Positions 44,901-53,780 of a stretch of DNA of 53,780 nt are shown here, piece by piece. The stretch is from a virus (lineage: Duplodnaviria > Caudoviricetes). How positions within the stretch are numbered: the first letter of the stretch is position 1; the number at the start of each line of letters is the position of its first letter. A program made the position numbers and the translations under genes. The notes beneath the pieces were generated by a model. The model was not told where the DNA came from and did not search any database. It saw nothing but the letters and a program-made list of their open reading frames with translations. Where the stretch lies: IMG/VR virus record IMGVR_UViG_3300036987_000130, positions 1 to 53,780 of that record, one strand, 5' to 3'.

Positions 44901-44960
44901 AAGATACTCGTATGAATTTAAAGTGTCAACACGTTTTTTTATTTTTTTTTATTTTTTTTC
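44901..44960 (-). promoter_or_regulatory. Sigma70-type promoter P3 with a long UP element
   Basis: TTGACA (44929-44924), 17 nt, TATCTT (44906-44901); three phased A-tracts. Confidence 0.85.
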
Positions 44961-45048
44961 GCCCCCCGTTCTCCATCAATAAAAGGTTCTCGTTCTCTCC
45001 GCATACTCAGAAGTAGATTTTACGGGCATCCCCGTCCCCCTGGGGCAG

Positions 45049-45280
45049 CCCCTTATAATAATAGCTTGACTTCATTCCCTGCGCCTCAGCACATCGCCAG
45101 CTACCGGCCAGGGACAAGCAAAAAAAACCAATAGAACGACACCAGAAGCACGAAACGCAACCGGCCATGCCAACCTGGGGCCGAAGGATCCGCCATAGCC
45201 CATGGATTGTCACGGGAAGGCTGGAATAAAAAAAGGGGCCGCAGGCTTTCGCCCGGACCCCCCTTATAATAATAGCTTGA
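45049..45280. repeat. 21-bp direct repeat CCCCTTATAATAATAGCTTGA (45049, 45260), third variant at 43841-43864
   Basis: Exact copies read directly from the sequence. Confidence 0.9.
45228..45263 (-). terminator. Terminator closing the late/lysis transcript
   Basis: GGGGTCCG-GGC-GAAA-GCC-TGCGGCCCC followed by a T run. Confidence 0.7.
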
Positions 45281-45300
45281 TATCGTGGTGTATCGTATTG

Positions 45301-45540
45301 CTACGCCGCCTTGGACCCGAAATGCATCATGGCAAGGAAATTGATTATGCCAGAAAACAACGTCTGCAACTTCGCCCAAACCGTTTCGTCTCCGATAATC
45401 GTCCGGACTCCATCAAGGACTTTTTCTTTTTTATCCTTCCCGGTCCCTGCCCCCATTTCCTTTTCAACCGTCTTCATCAGGTCGATTATTACCGGGACCA
45501 GAGTCCCAAGCATCGACAATACCGCCAGCACTGTTGTCAT
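45301..45540 (-). CDS. Small amphipathic/membrane protein (lysis module)
   Basis: Hydrophobic ends with a central VE...GAG.G..KK..VL motif. Confidence 0.7.
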   Translation of the reverse strand: MTTVLAVLSMLGTLVPVIIDLMKTVEKEMGAGTGKDKKEKVLDGVRTIIGDETVWAKLQTLFSGIINFLAMMHFGSKAA

Positions 45541-45666
45541 ACCTTCCCCCCCATTTTTTTATTTTGTTGATGGCACATTTTTTCTGCCAGTTTTTAAAAA
45601 ATCGCCAGATGGCGATTGGATCGACCATGACCCGAATAATTTTTGCAGGCTCACCTTCCGGGCTTT

Positions 45667-45900
45667 TCACTTGTCGATCAGCTTTTGCATTTTGTGATTC
45701 CCGCCCCAAACTATCCAGCCGGAGGCGATCCACCCAAGAGCTTTTTCAACGTCCATTTCAGGACAGCCGGCGTCAGGGAAAAAGTGCCCGATCAACCCAG
45801 AAATGCCGACCAAAATGGAGCCAGCGGCCCCGATTTTAACCTTGTAGCCGTCGAGCGCACCCGCTATTTTTCCGAAAAAAAATTCAAATATGAAAACCAT
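45667..45900 (-). CDS. Holin-like membrane protein
   Basis: LDGYK..IGA...IL.G..G; two hydrophobic segments and a basic tail. Confidence 0.65.
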   Translation of the reverse strand: MVFIFEFFFGKIAGALDGYKVKIGAAGSILVGISGLIGHFFPDAGCPEMDVEKALGWIASGWIVWGGNHKMQKLIDK

Positions 45901-46123
45901 AAGTCGTCCCCCCTATAGATGTCGATGCTAATTGATTCGCCATCGGCTTTCCTTCGCCAACGGTTGGTTTTAATACTTCTATAAAAACGTCGATGCAGTC
46001 TCAATGGCTCCCCCATATACTGACATCAACCGAAACCTTGCACCTCGGCAGGGACCGGCTACGCCCGTTAGCGATTAAATTGGTGATTTCGTATTAATTG
46101 AGCTAAAATCGGTCTTTTTACCG

Positions 46124-46330
46124 TCAATCCGGCATGTTTTTATCGGTAATTCGTGACAATGCCACCTGCATTTTTTTTACCAAAACCTCGCCCTGGCTCT
46201 TGGTAAGCACCGTCTTTTTTTCGTTCAAACTTATGGAAATCCGCCAACCTCGACCGTTGTTAAAAACCTCGACATCATCAATTTTTTCCATGCGAAATGC
46301 CCCATCTTTGGTAAAAAGATTGATCCCCAA
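46124..46330 (-). CDS. Hypothetical protein
   Basis: Short ORF in the lysis region; start uncertain. Confidence 0.45.
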   Translation of the reverse strand: MGINLFTKDGAFRMEKIDDVEVFNNGRGWRISISLNEKKTVLTKSQGEVLVKKMQVALSRITDKNMPD

Positions 46331-46393
46331 GGAGAGGAAAAACCGGATTTTCTGGGCTTCCCTCCCCTTGCTACCGCCCCGTGTTGAGCTTGA

Positions 46394-46792
46394 TTATTGT
46401 GGTACAAGTCGCAATCCCTTGGTAAAAACGACCACAGGCGACCGTTTTGTGAATTCGAAAGGGACGAAAACGGAATACGTTTTCCCTCCTGCTTCAATCT
46501 TTTCCGCACCGTAAAAGCCCCAATTTTGGAAGTAACGGACGTACCAGAAATGTTCGCCGGGAGGAACATCTTTCATGTCGTACCAGATACTCCCGTCCGG
46601 TTTATTTTCGGCAGAAACGATCATCGTCCCGGAAAGCACTATCATGTGCTCTGCAAGTCCCTTGACATTTTCCCAGACCTCAAAGCCCAGGCCGACAGCA
46701 GACGCCTGGGGATCGCTCGCTAAAAACGGAGCGGCGATCGCCCCCTGAACAAAACAAAAACAGAAAAACAAAATTAAAATCAGTCTTTTCAT
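46394..46792 (-). CDS. Secreted beta-sandwich-like protein coupled to the endolysin
   Basis: Signal peptide MKRLILILFFCFCFVQGAIA; ATGA overlap with the endolysin stop. Confidence 0.7.
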   Translation of the reverse strand: MKRLILILFFCFCFVQGAIAAPFLASDPQASAVGLGFEVWENVKGLAEHMIVLSGTMIVSAENKPDGSIWYDMKDVPPGEHFWYVRYFQNWGFYGAEKIEAGGKTYSVFVPFEFTKRSPVVVFTKGLRLVPQ

Positions 46793-47229
46793 GGCATCAC
46801 CTTTATCTGGACCGTCAGGTCCCTGTAAAAAATATGCGCCCCAATATGGGCAAGTCGCTTCATTTTCCGGGTCCACCTTGGCAAAATACCTTCCTCATGA
46901 TAATTGGTCGGCCCTCCAATCTTGTCTACAATGTTCCCCGCATAGATATCACGGGCGACCCGGCTGCAAATCTTCCAGGCCGGGTCCTGATCCGCAAGCC
47001 CCTTCCTGATCCGCGCCCGGTTATGATCCGCCCAGCAGGTGAACTGTTTGTCAAGAAGGATGACCTCCCGCCAATTATGCCCCCACCAGCAGGGGTTCAA
47101 CGCCCTGGTCCGGATCGTCATTCCCACGCCGATTTTCCCGGCGGTCGTTTCCCCGCTGGCCTCCCCGTAAATCGTCCCCGTCAGAAGCTCTATCTCTGAC
47201 CAGGCTTCAAATCCAGCTATGAGGTTCAC
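46789..47229 (-). CDS. Endolysin, SleB/cell-wall hydrolase family
   Basis: L..TIYGEA.GE...GK..V...I..R, QFTCW, T.YH....P.W.......IG.HIFY. Confidence 0.9.
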   Translation of the reverse strand: MNLIAGFEAWSEIELLTGTIYGEASGETTAGKIGVGMTIRTRALNPCWWGHNWREVILLDKQFTCWADHNRARIRKGLADQDPAWKICSRVARDIYAGNIVDKIGGPTNYHEEGILPRWTRKMKRLAHIGAHIFYRDLTVQIKVMP

Positions 47230-47674
47230 CTGCCCCCCCTTCTTCCTTGCGGAACATTTTTCCCCGCTCCCTGATTGTCGCCGCAAGGTCCGCAAGCTCC
47301 CGCGACATATCGGTTAATGCCTCTTGGAATTTATCTTTTCCGCACTCCCTTTTTTGGTCCTGGTAGTTGATAACTTCCGACAATTTGTCAATTTTCTTCA
47401 GGATTTCATTGGTCGAGCTTTCGTTGCTCTCCCTGCATCCGCTCTGCTTTTCCCGGCAAACGCTAAAGGGAACCAACTGCTTTATTTCGTCCCGAATTTT
47501 TTCCGTTGTCGCTTTCGGTGTCAATATCGCCATTTCTTTCCTCAATCCTTCTATCGCTTCCTGGTGGTTCATGAGCGTGCGCCCATGATCCCCGATCGCA
47601 TACTTGGCCCCGCCCCAAGCCAGCGCCACCATGACCGCCATTGTCAATATCCACTGGATAACTTGTTGTTCCAT
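47207..47674 (-). CDS. N-terminal TM plus coiled-coil protein (holin/lysis accessory)
   Basis: WILTMAVMVALAWGG followed by heptad-rich sequence; precedes the endolysin. Confidence 0.7.
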   Translation of the reverse strand: MEQQVIQWILTMAVMVALAWGGAKYAIGDHGRTLMNHQEAIEGLRKEMAILTPKATTEKIRDEIKQLVPFSVCREKQSGCRESNESSTNEILKKIDKLSEVINYQDQKRECGKDKFQEALTDMSRELADLAATIRERGKMFRKEEGGAGEPHSWI

Positions 47675-47683
47675 AAGTCCCCT

Positions 47684-48232
47684 TTACCCGGCCGCTATTA
47701 TCATGGCCAGATTATCGTCAGCCTTCATTTCTATCCGTTTCAGATAATCGGCCACGCTCCCGTCAGGATGGGAACCGCTTATGATTTTATCCACAACCGC
47801 AGCCGCAACCGCCTCAATGGTAAAGTCGACGCCACCCGTTGAAACCCTGATCACTTCGGCTGTCGGCTGTTCGATATACAGCTTGATTGATTCCGTTCTT
47901 GTCGATGTGTCGAAAGGATTTGGATCCACATCAGGGTTGTCGGTAATAGCCTCTCCGGTAATCTGGATCGTTGAATCTTCATCATAAGGAACTACCCTGG
48001 CCCCTGATAGCAAGGTCACATAACGCGGCGTGAACTTCCCCCCTCCTTTGGGATTGTTCCCGTCCGCACGGAGAAGCGGCGCCCATTTCCGCGCCGCTTC
48101 TTCCTCCCGCCTCCACTTGCGATATTCTTTGTAAATGTCATCAATCCAATGGAAGGCAGACACCCCCGGCCTTAAAAAGATTCTGCGGGTATCCCCGTCC
48201 CATGTATCGACAACAGGCGATAAAACGCTCAT
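47684..48232 (-). CDS. Tail-associated structural protein
   Basis: WDG.TRRI.L...DIY.EY..WR N-terminal domain; end of the tail cluster. Confidence 0.6.
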   Translation of the reverse strand: MSVLSPVVDTWDGDTRRIFLRPGVSAFHWIDDIYKEYRKWRREEEAARKWAPLLRADGNNPKGGGKFTPRYVTLLSGARVVPYDEDSTIQITGEAITDNPDVDPNPFDTSTRTESIKLYIEQPTAEVIRVSTGGVDFTIEAVAAAVVDKIISGSHPDGSVADYLKRIEMKADDNLAMIIAAG

Positions 48233-48243
48233 TTCAACACCTC

Positions 48244-49746
48244 TTAAGCATTATTGTCAGCAGGCGGAGCGCACGTCACAGCGACCACTGCGCTGCGGGT
48301 AATGGTCGCGTAAGTAATCGCCTGGGCCGCCCCGCCATCACCTTCCACAATAACCACGATGTTTTTGTTTACCCCAGCGGAAAGCCCCGCCTGGGTATTG
48401 GTGTCATAGGCATAGGCGAAGGAAATCTTGCCGCCCACGGCATCCGCAACGACATTGCCCTTGACCGGATCGCCGGAAGAATCGTTCACGGTTACGGCTC
48501 CCGCCTTGTCAAAATCCGCATCAGCCGCACCGTCCGCATAGTACACATGATACCAGGCGTTGGTATCCGCCAGAGCTGCCGCACCGACTGAAATTTGAAC
48601 CTCCGGGAAGTACGGGTAGGTTTTTGCGCTTCCGGCATCATCGGTCATGATCACGTTCTGTTTTTCGGCCGTAGAAAGCCCTTCAATGAATAACCCCTCA
48701 CCGCCCAGACTTGATGTGACCACCTTCCCGGCCGCGTTCCTGGCATACCAGACTCGGCCCTTTTGCCCGGTGTAAGTTCCGCCGGCGTGGGTATCAATAA
48801 CCCCAGATTGCAGAATTAAAGCATCAAGGAAGGCCGCGCACTCCTGAACCGTCCCGCCCCCGGTATTATGCAGCACCCATTTAAAATTGCCGTCCGCCTC
48901 GTTGAACCCGGTTTCTGTCTGTGACGAGGCCAATTGCTCTAAGGCCATCCCTGTCCAGGGGGCAATCTGAGAACCTCCATAAACATTGGCCAAAGTGTAA
49001 ATATTGGCCGGGTTCAGCGATTCGCCAACACCGTAACCAGCGGAGAAGCCTGAAAACTCAGCAATACCGGTCAAAATACTGGTGGTCTCGCCGGGGTTAT
49101 AGCCCCATGAACGGACCCGGACAATCAGTGTCCGGGTGGTATAATCAAAATCCCCCGCGCCGGTATCGCCATAAGTGGTATCGCCATAAACCTGTACCGC
49201 CTCATTGATATCGCCCGAACGAACAAAGGCCGCCCACGTCGCCGCCTGTAAAGAATCTTCATCCGTAGCCGTAGCCAGCGCCCACCGGGGAACCGTTCCG
49301 GCCTGAATATCAACCAGAGACAATACGCCATGGTAAATCCGGTCAACATCGGTGGCCCCGTCCTGGGTATCCGCATACTCAATCCATCCGGAAGACCGGA
49401 TTTTGTTTCGGTCGGTTCCGTCCAACTTAACCCCGTTGATAAACGAAAAAGCACCGGCAAACCGATAGTTGCCAGCCGTTCCTCTGAGAAACTTCCGCAG
49501 TGTTTCATTCGCCCGCCGCCGAGCATTGTCAAAATTGTAAAGCGCCCGCAAGGTGATCCCGTCGAAATTGGTCAACGGGTTGTCTACCAGCCCCGCACCG
49601 AAGTTGACTTGAGCCAGCTCGTCAACCCCGATGAGCTGTATCTCATTGTTGGCAACGTCGAAATATACGTTGCCATCCGGTGTTGATCCACGCGGGCTGG
49701 TGGACTCTTTCAAATTTGTAGAAAAATTGGTGTGGTCAATTAACAT
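48244..49746 (-). CDS. Tail-associated structural protein (500 aa)
   Basis: G/A/T/D-rich; DGITLRALY motif; located in the tail cluster. Confidence 0.65.
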   Translation of the reverse strand: MLIDHTNFSTNLKESTSPRGSTPDGNVYFDVANNEIQLIGVDELAQVNFGAGLVDNPLTNFDGITLRALYNFDNARRRANETLRKFLRGTAGNYRFAGAFSFINGVKLDGTDRNKIRSSGWIEYADTQDGATDVDRIYHGVLSLVDIQAGTVPRWALATATDEDSLQAATWAAFVRSGDINEAVQVYGDTTYGDTGAGDFDYTTRTLIVRVRSWGYNPGETTSILTGIAEFSGFSAGYGVGESLNPANIYTLANVYGGSQIAPWTGMALEQLASSQTETGFNEADGNFKWVLHNTGGGTVQECAAFLDALILQSGVIDTHAGGTYTGQKGRVWYARNAAGKVVTSSLGGEGLFIEGLSTAEKQNVIMTDDAGSAKTYPYFPEVQISVGAAALADTNAWYHVYYADGAADADFDKAGAVTVNDSSGDPVKGNVVADAVGGKISFAYAYDTNTQAGLSAGVNKNIVVIVEGDGGAAQAITYATITRSAVVAVTCAPPADNNA

Positions 49747-49764
49747 TTTCCGCCCTCTCTTTTT

Positions 49765-51327
49765 TTAGACGTTTAGGTCCTGAACTAAATTACAAAATAA
49801 CCCGCCGCTTGAACTCGGCATCGTGAACTGCTGGCCGTACTCTACGTACCCTGTTTTCATGATTTGGATCCAAATCACATTTCCGGAAGATCCGGTAAAG
49901 ACATATGTCGAGGCATTATGCGACTCAATCCCAGATAGTTCAGTACCCAGACTGCCAGCGGGTGAATTATCCATGTCATAAATTCTGACCTCGGCCCCTA
50001 CAAGGGAAACTGACGCTGATATCGTCAAAGAAACTTCGGGGATAATGATATTGGTGGTGGCCCCGGAACCATTGCGCACCGTCGGGGTGTCCCCGCTCAA
50101 AATCGTCAAATTGATCGTGCCGCCCGAATCATTATAAAAAGCCTCATTACCTCCACTGGAAGCGGTATATCCGGTGAAGGTATTCCCCACAGAATCAAAA
50201 TTGCCCGTGGCCGTAGCCCGGATTGCGTGACCGCTGCCGCCGGAAACAAACTTGCAATTGGTAATCAAAGAAGGATTGTTGGCAACTACCGCCGCGACGC
50301 CGGACGCCGCTTCAAATATGCAATTCGTAAAGACCGCACTGTTTTGTGTCACCAGCCCGCACCGGCGATATGTTGAGTTCAGGATGGTGCTTTGCGCCAG
50401 ATAGGTGAAATAATCCATGTCCGTGAATACGCAGCCGTCCTTATTCACATCGGCATTGTCCGTGACAAGAAAGAACCCCTTGGAAACAGTCCCAAGCGCC
50501 GCGATAGCAATATTGGTCCAGTCCACGCGGCTTGAAGCATTCCGCACCTCAAAGCCATTGAATGATGACGCCACGCGCAAATTGTGTTGAATGGCAATGC
50601 TCCGGTTGGCATCCCGAAAGTCAACAACCGTGGTGGCATTCCCCATCAGGAACAGGCCCTTCATCAGATACCCGCCGTCGATGACCTGAAACAGCCCCCA
50701 CCGATTGTAGCCCGCCGTACCGTCATTGGCGTCATTCTTGGCCGCCGCCGCCGCAAAGGTGGCATAGCCGCTTCCAGAATCACCGTAGGTTACACGAAGC
50801 TCACGACCAAACCGGATTGCATCCGTGCCGAATGGCGATCCTTTCGCAACGGTAGCCAGCGTCTTCATGACCGCCCCAAAATACTGCCAGACCCCGGACG
50901 GCGATCCGTATGTGCCCTGATAACCGACGTTCGGATCAACCGCGATGTTTACCCAGCCCCCGTAGGTATAACTGTCCTTTCCTTTGACATACCATCGCCG
51001 GTAATTGGCCAGAGTATTGCCCATAATGACCTGCATCCCGCCATTATTTTCCGTGTCCAGGGTGTTCGGGCAGGCGAAAAACAACCAGATAAAAACCGCC
51101 GCTGGACTGGTGATTGTTTTTGCACTGCCGGCCAGAGTCCCCATGCCGCAAAGCCCCCCGCCAGCTATCGCGCAGGCTTTGGAAAAACAGTTGGCTTGTT
51201 GGATGAAATAATCCGTTTCCGCCGATGGTGCCGCGCCGTCAGCAGACCCCGTTGGCTCACCCCACGTTTCCCCGCTTTCAGCCAGGGCAATATCCGATAA
51301 ATCTGTTGCGTATGCCGCTGCCGTCAT
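49765..51327 (-). CDS. Tail-associated protein with a lectin-like N-terminus and a beta-helix segment
   Basis: GCVF/NCIF/NCKF/GNTF ladder in the C-terminal half; start taken at MTAAAY. Confidence 0.65.
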   Translation of the reverse strand: MTAAAYATDLSDIALAESGETWGEPTGSADGAAPSAETDYFIQQANCFSKACAIAGGGLCGMGTLAGSAKTITSPAAVFIWLFFACPNTLDTENNGGMQVIMGNTLANYRRWYVKGKDSYTYGGWVNIAVDPNVGYQGTYGSPSGVWQYFGAVMKTLATVAKGSPFGTDAIRFGRELRVTYGDSGSGYATFAAAAAKNDANDGTAGYNRWGLFQVIDGGYLMKGLFLMGNATTVVDFRDANRSIAIQHNLRVASSFNGFEVRNASSRVDWTNIAIAALGTVSKGFFLVTDNADVNKDGCVFTDMDYFTYLAQSTILNSTYRRCGLVTQNSAVFTNCIFEAASGVAAVVANNPSLITNCKFVSGGSGHAIRATATGNFDSVGNTFTGYTASSGGNEAFYNDSGGTINLTILSGDTPTVRNGSGATTNIIIPEVSLTISASVSLVGAEVRIYDMDNSPAGSLGTELSGIESHNASTYVFTGSSGNVIWIQIMKTGYVEYGQQFTMPSSSGGLFCNLVQDLNV

Positions 51328-51725
51328 GACGTCACCTCCCATCCTGTAATGGCGTTGTTCTCGTCCCTCAAGAACGTCCAGGTTGTTGTCCCGTCAGATA
51401 TGGACTCAATATACCCATTGGCCCTGTTCAGCGTGATGGTTTTTGACTCCATAACAACGCTGGTAATAACCCCATCGACACGGACTATCGTGCCGGACTC
51501 AGGTGGGGCCTCGACCCCGCCACCGGGTTCAGCCGTTCCGGTATAGGTGAACCCTAATTCTACAGCGATGGCCCTCGGCAGCACCATTTCAACGACCGCT
51601 GGCTGGCTGGTCACTTCTAACGTGATCGCAGGGTCAAGAAGCGACTGACCGACAACGACAGATGTCGTTTGCGCCTCAACGGTTACGCCCCCGCCGTCGG
51701 CTATTTCCAGGCTGATATCCGCCAT
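51324..51725 (-). CDS. Small tail-associated protein
   Basis: Beta-rich C-terminal R.DG.ITSV / R.NG.IESI / R.EN.AITG repeats; coupled at both ends. Confidence 0.65.
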   Translation of the reverse strand: MADISLEIADGGGVTVEAQTTSVVVGQSLLDPAITLEVTSQPAVVEMVLPRAIAVELGFTYTGTAEPGGGVEAPPESGTIVRVDGVITSVVMESKTITLNRANGYIESISDGTTTWTFLRDENNAITGWEVTS

Positions 51726-52132
51726 TATCTTGTAACCTCGGCCTCAACCCGGATTGTCCCCCTGAAAAACCGGGAAACCTCATTGGGGTTGTCTTTGTAA
51801 ATCTCCATATCCCAGACATAAGAGCTGGCAGCATCCTTTGCAGAGTCGCCACAGGCCAGCTTCGCCGTATTTTCCGCCGACATTGACATGGAGACAACCC
51901 CATTGGCCGCATCTGCCAAAGCAAAGGTCAATCCCGGCTCCGGGTTCAAGGCGGAGACCTTTTTCCGCATCTGCCCCCGGACTAAATATCCAGTCAAGTT
52001 GACCGGCGCTCCATTGAGCTTGACCGATATAAGCAACGGCCCCCATGTCGTTCCCTGCTTCCCCAGGAGGTTGATGACCCCATTGACCGCATTGATTACG
52101 GTTAGATTGTTATTGACCAGCATTGCGCTCAT
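51725..52132 (-). CDS. BppU/LtfC-like Ig-fold tail adaptor
   Basis: QG.TW...PVNLTGY..RGQMRK...DAANG...MSA..TA.L...YVWD.E...R...G...V..EVTR. Confidence 0.75.
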   Translation of the reverse strand: MSAMLVNNNLTVINAVNGVINLLGKQGTTWGPLLISVKLNGAPVNLTGYLVRGQMRKKVSALNPEPGLTFALADAANGVVSMSMSAENTAKLACGDSAKDAASSYVWDMEIYKDNPNEVSRFFRGTIRVEAEVTR

Positions 52133-52188
52133 CCTCCTTGATTATTATTCGTGTTATCCATAACCATCCGGCCATCAGCCGCCAATCA

Positions 52189-53780
52189 TCACCCCACCGC
52201 GAAAATCTGCATGAACATCCGATGCGGGCCGGAGATTGGAACGGTCTCATCCTCCGTGGTGTAGGCCCCATCTTTATACATTCCTGGACCATGTGTAATT
52301 TCAGTGCAGGTCATGGGGAAATCCACCACGGCCCAGCCCATTGTCACTGTATCAAAAACTACCATATTGGCGAAATGGTGAGGGGATAGCGTCCACCCGG
52401 CCATTGCAGCATCTATTTCTTCCGTTAAGGATCCCATTTTTGAAATCAGCGCCAGATTGTCCCCCGCATAATAGACCCCCAGGGGAACGCCCCATACCGC
52501 TATAAGGTCCCCATTCACATCTTCATGTGACAGCCGACAGTTGGCCGCGCACCATTCCAGGTGGACCCTTGCAATAGCAGACAAGTGGGCGCTATATCCC
52601 ATGTAAGGAAGCCTCTGGTAACGAGTGCCTTCCTCCCGCCATACCCACGGCTGGACTGCCCGGAGAGCATTGACCTTTTCCAGCATGTAATTTGTCGCCG
52701 GCACGCTGACCATTGCGGCTGGTTTCTGAATCCCTCCCAAGGGTATCGTCCTGACAACGGCCAGCGTTTCGGTGTCAATGACCTGTATCGGTGAATAGTC
52801 CCCCGTGCGCGACTGCCGCATCTGAAAACAGAACGCTGCGCGAGCTTGATAATTTATCTTGTAGGCCGGATCAATATAGCTGTATCCGCTGTACTCGTTA
52901 GCCCTATGCAGATTCCCGGAAAAATCGTAAGCCCTGATCCTTGGCGACTGCGAAATGTCCGGCCAGCCGTCATAAGGGTTCTGCTCTGTCGGTTGTACAT
53001 TCCCAGGAATAAAACGGGTGCCCTCCCCTGAATCTGAGAACACATAGATCATGTCGTCATGGCACTCGATCTGTTTCAACTGGTGAAACTCGTTCTTGGT
53101 CAGGGTAAAAAGACGGTGAGCCTTTCCCAGAATCCCGCCGGTTCCGGAAATATAGTTGTCCCGCCAGACGTGATACCCGGCAGGGATGTCCTCAACGGAC
53201 CACCACGCGACATATGCGTCAAGAAACTCCCCCTCGCAGGTCTTCCGGTATTCTTCGTACTCAAAGCCGGTGGCATCGAACTCACATATGGCCATCAGAT
53301 ACTTGCCCCGGTAGGAAGACGGACAGACGCAGTAAATTATCCGCGTCAAATAATTGGATGGAGGCGGGTTCGGATAAATGGTCTGGCTTACCATGAACAG
53401 AGAACCATCAACAGTAAGCCCTGACCCGTGGAACATACTGCTCCCGTACTTTCCTTCCGAAAAAGCCCCGGAATAAAAATGGGTTATTGTGCAAGTAAGA
53501 ACCAGCCCGCTTTCGGCATAGTGCTCTGTTTTTGGCATGTACTGATGCTCGACGTTCGGTGCGATCAGCTCAAAATAACCGTCCGGCTGCCAGACACTGT
53601 ATCCATGTACCCATTCCGTCGGCTCATCGGCCCGTTTTTTTAACGGGATTTTCTTTTTAAAATAAGTCGAATCGTACCAGTGCTCCGGCCAGCCAAGTCC
53701 CGACGGCGCATCACAGAATACCCTCAGCAGAATTCCGTTCATGTCGGGCCGCACACGGGATATCTCCATCTTTACAATTC
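52189..53780 (-). CDS. C-terminal part of the 826-aa tail protein, ending in a CAP/SCP-like domain
   Basis: VNALRA...LSAIAR.H...LSH...AGDNLA...AMAGWTLSPHHFANM...MG...QIF. Confidence 0.85.
   Translation of the reverse strand, partial: IVKMEISRVRPDMNGILLRVFCDAPSGLGWPEHWYDSTYFKKKIPLKKRADEPTEWVHGYSVWQPDGYFELIAPNVEHQYMPKTEHYAESGLVLTCTITHFYSGAFSEGKYGSSMFHGSGLTVDGSLFMVSQTIYPNPPPSNYLTRIIYCVCPSSYRGKYLMAICEFDATGFEYEEYRKTCEGEFLDAYVAWWSVEDIPAGYHVWRDNYISGTGGILGKAHRLFTLTKNEFHQLKQIECHDDMIYVFSDSGEGTRFIPGNVQPTEQNPYDGWPDISQSPRIRAYDFSGNLHRANEYSGYSYIDPAYKINYQARAAFCFQMRQSRTGDYSPIQVIDTETLAVVRTIPLGGIQKPAAMVSVPATNYMLEKVNALRAVQPWVWREEGTRYQRLPYMGYSAHLSAIARVHLEWCAANCRLSHEDVNGDLIAVWGVPLGVYYAGDNLALISKMGSLTEEIDAAMAGWTLSPHHFANMVVFDTVTMGWAVVDFPMTCTEITHGPGMYKDGAYTTEDETVPISGPHRMFMQIFAVG
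53654..53780. repeat. Terminal direct repeat, copy 2
   Basis: Identical to 1-127. Confidence 0.97.

Noticed and set aside
45049-45280. Mini CRISPR array
   Set aside because: Only two exact 21-bp copies about 190 bp apart; spacing and number are incompatible, and there are no cas genes.
45464-45733. ORF bridging the two small lysis genes
   Set aside because: Overlaps both neighbours substantially and has no recognisable motif; left uncalled.

Overview
The window is a complete, circularly assembled temperate phage genome of about 53,653 bp. Positions 1-127 are identical to 53654-53780, and one 826-aa gene reads through that junction. It has a lambda-like head module: terS, GpA-type terL, gpW, portal, S49 protease, decoration protein and gpE-type capsid. 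The long non-contractile tail module has a -1 frameshifted chaperone and a TP901-type tape measure, followed by an unusually elaborate, duplicated tail-tip/receptor module and a SleB-type lysis region. A tyrosine integrase lies beside an intact attP (3' half of a tRNA-Val-CAC). A divergent cro/cI-like switch, RecT/PD-(D/E)XK recombination genes, a replication initiator with an embedded HNH domain, RusA and a ParB + TAGT-like glycosyltransferase pair complete the core. All called genes except cI and int are on the minus strand. The most notable feature is two accessory islands: an ArdC/small-gene island splitting terL from gpW, and an amidoligase/GATase island beside attP. They are driven by four related sigma70-type promoter cassettes, and each island carries a paralogous AT-hook/ribbon-helix-helix gene as the last gene of an operon, suggesting a self-regulated accessory regulon. 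Second is a set of three paralogous ~680-aa beta-helix proteins interleaved with proteins bearing repeated FxxLxxxxxGxPF peptides. Family assignments come from motif recognition by eye; no searches were run.
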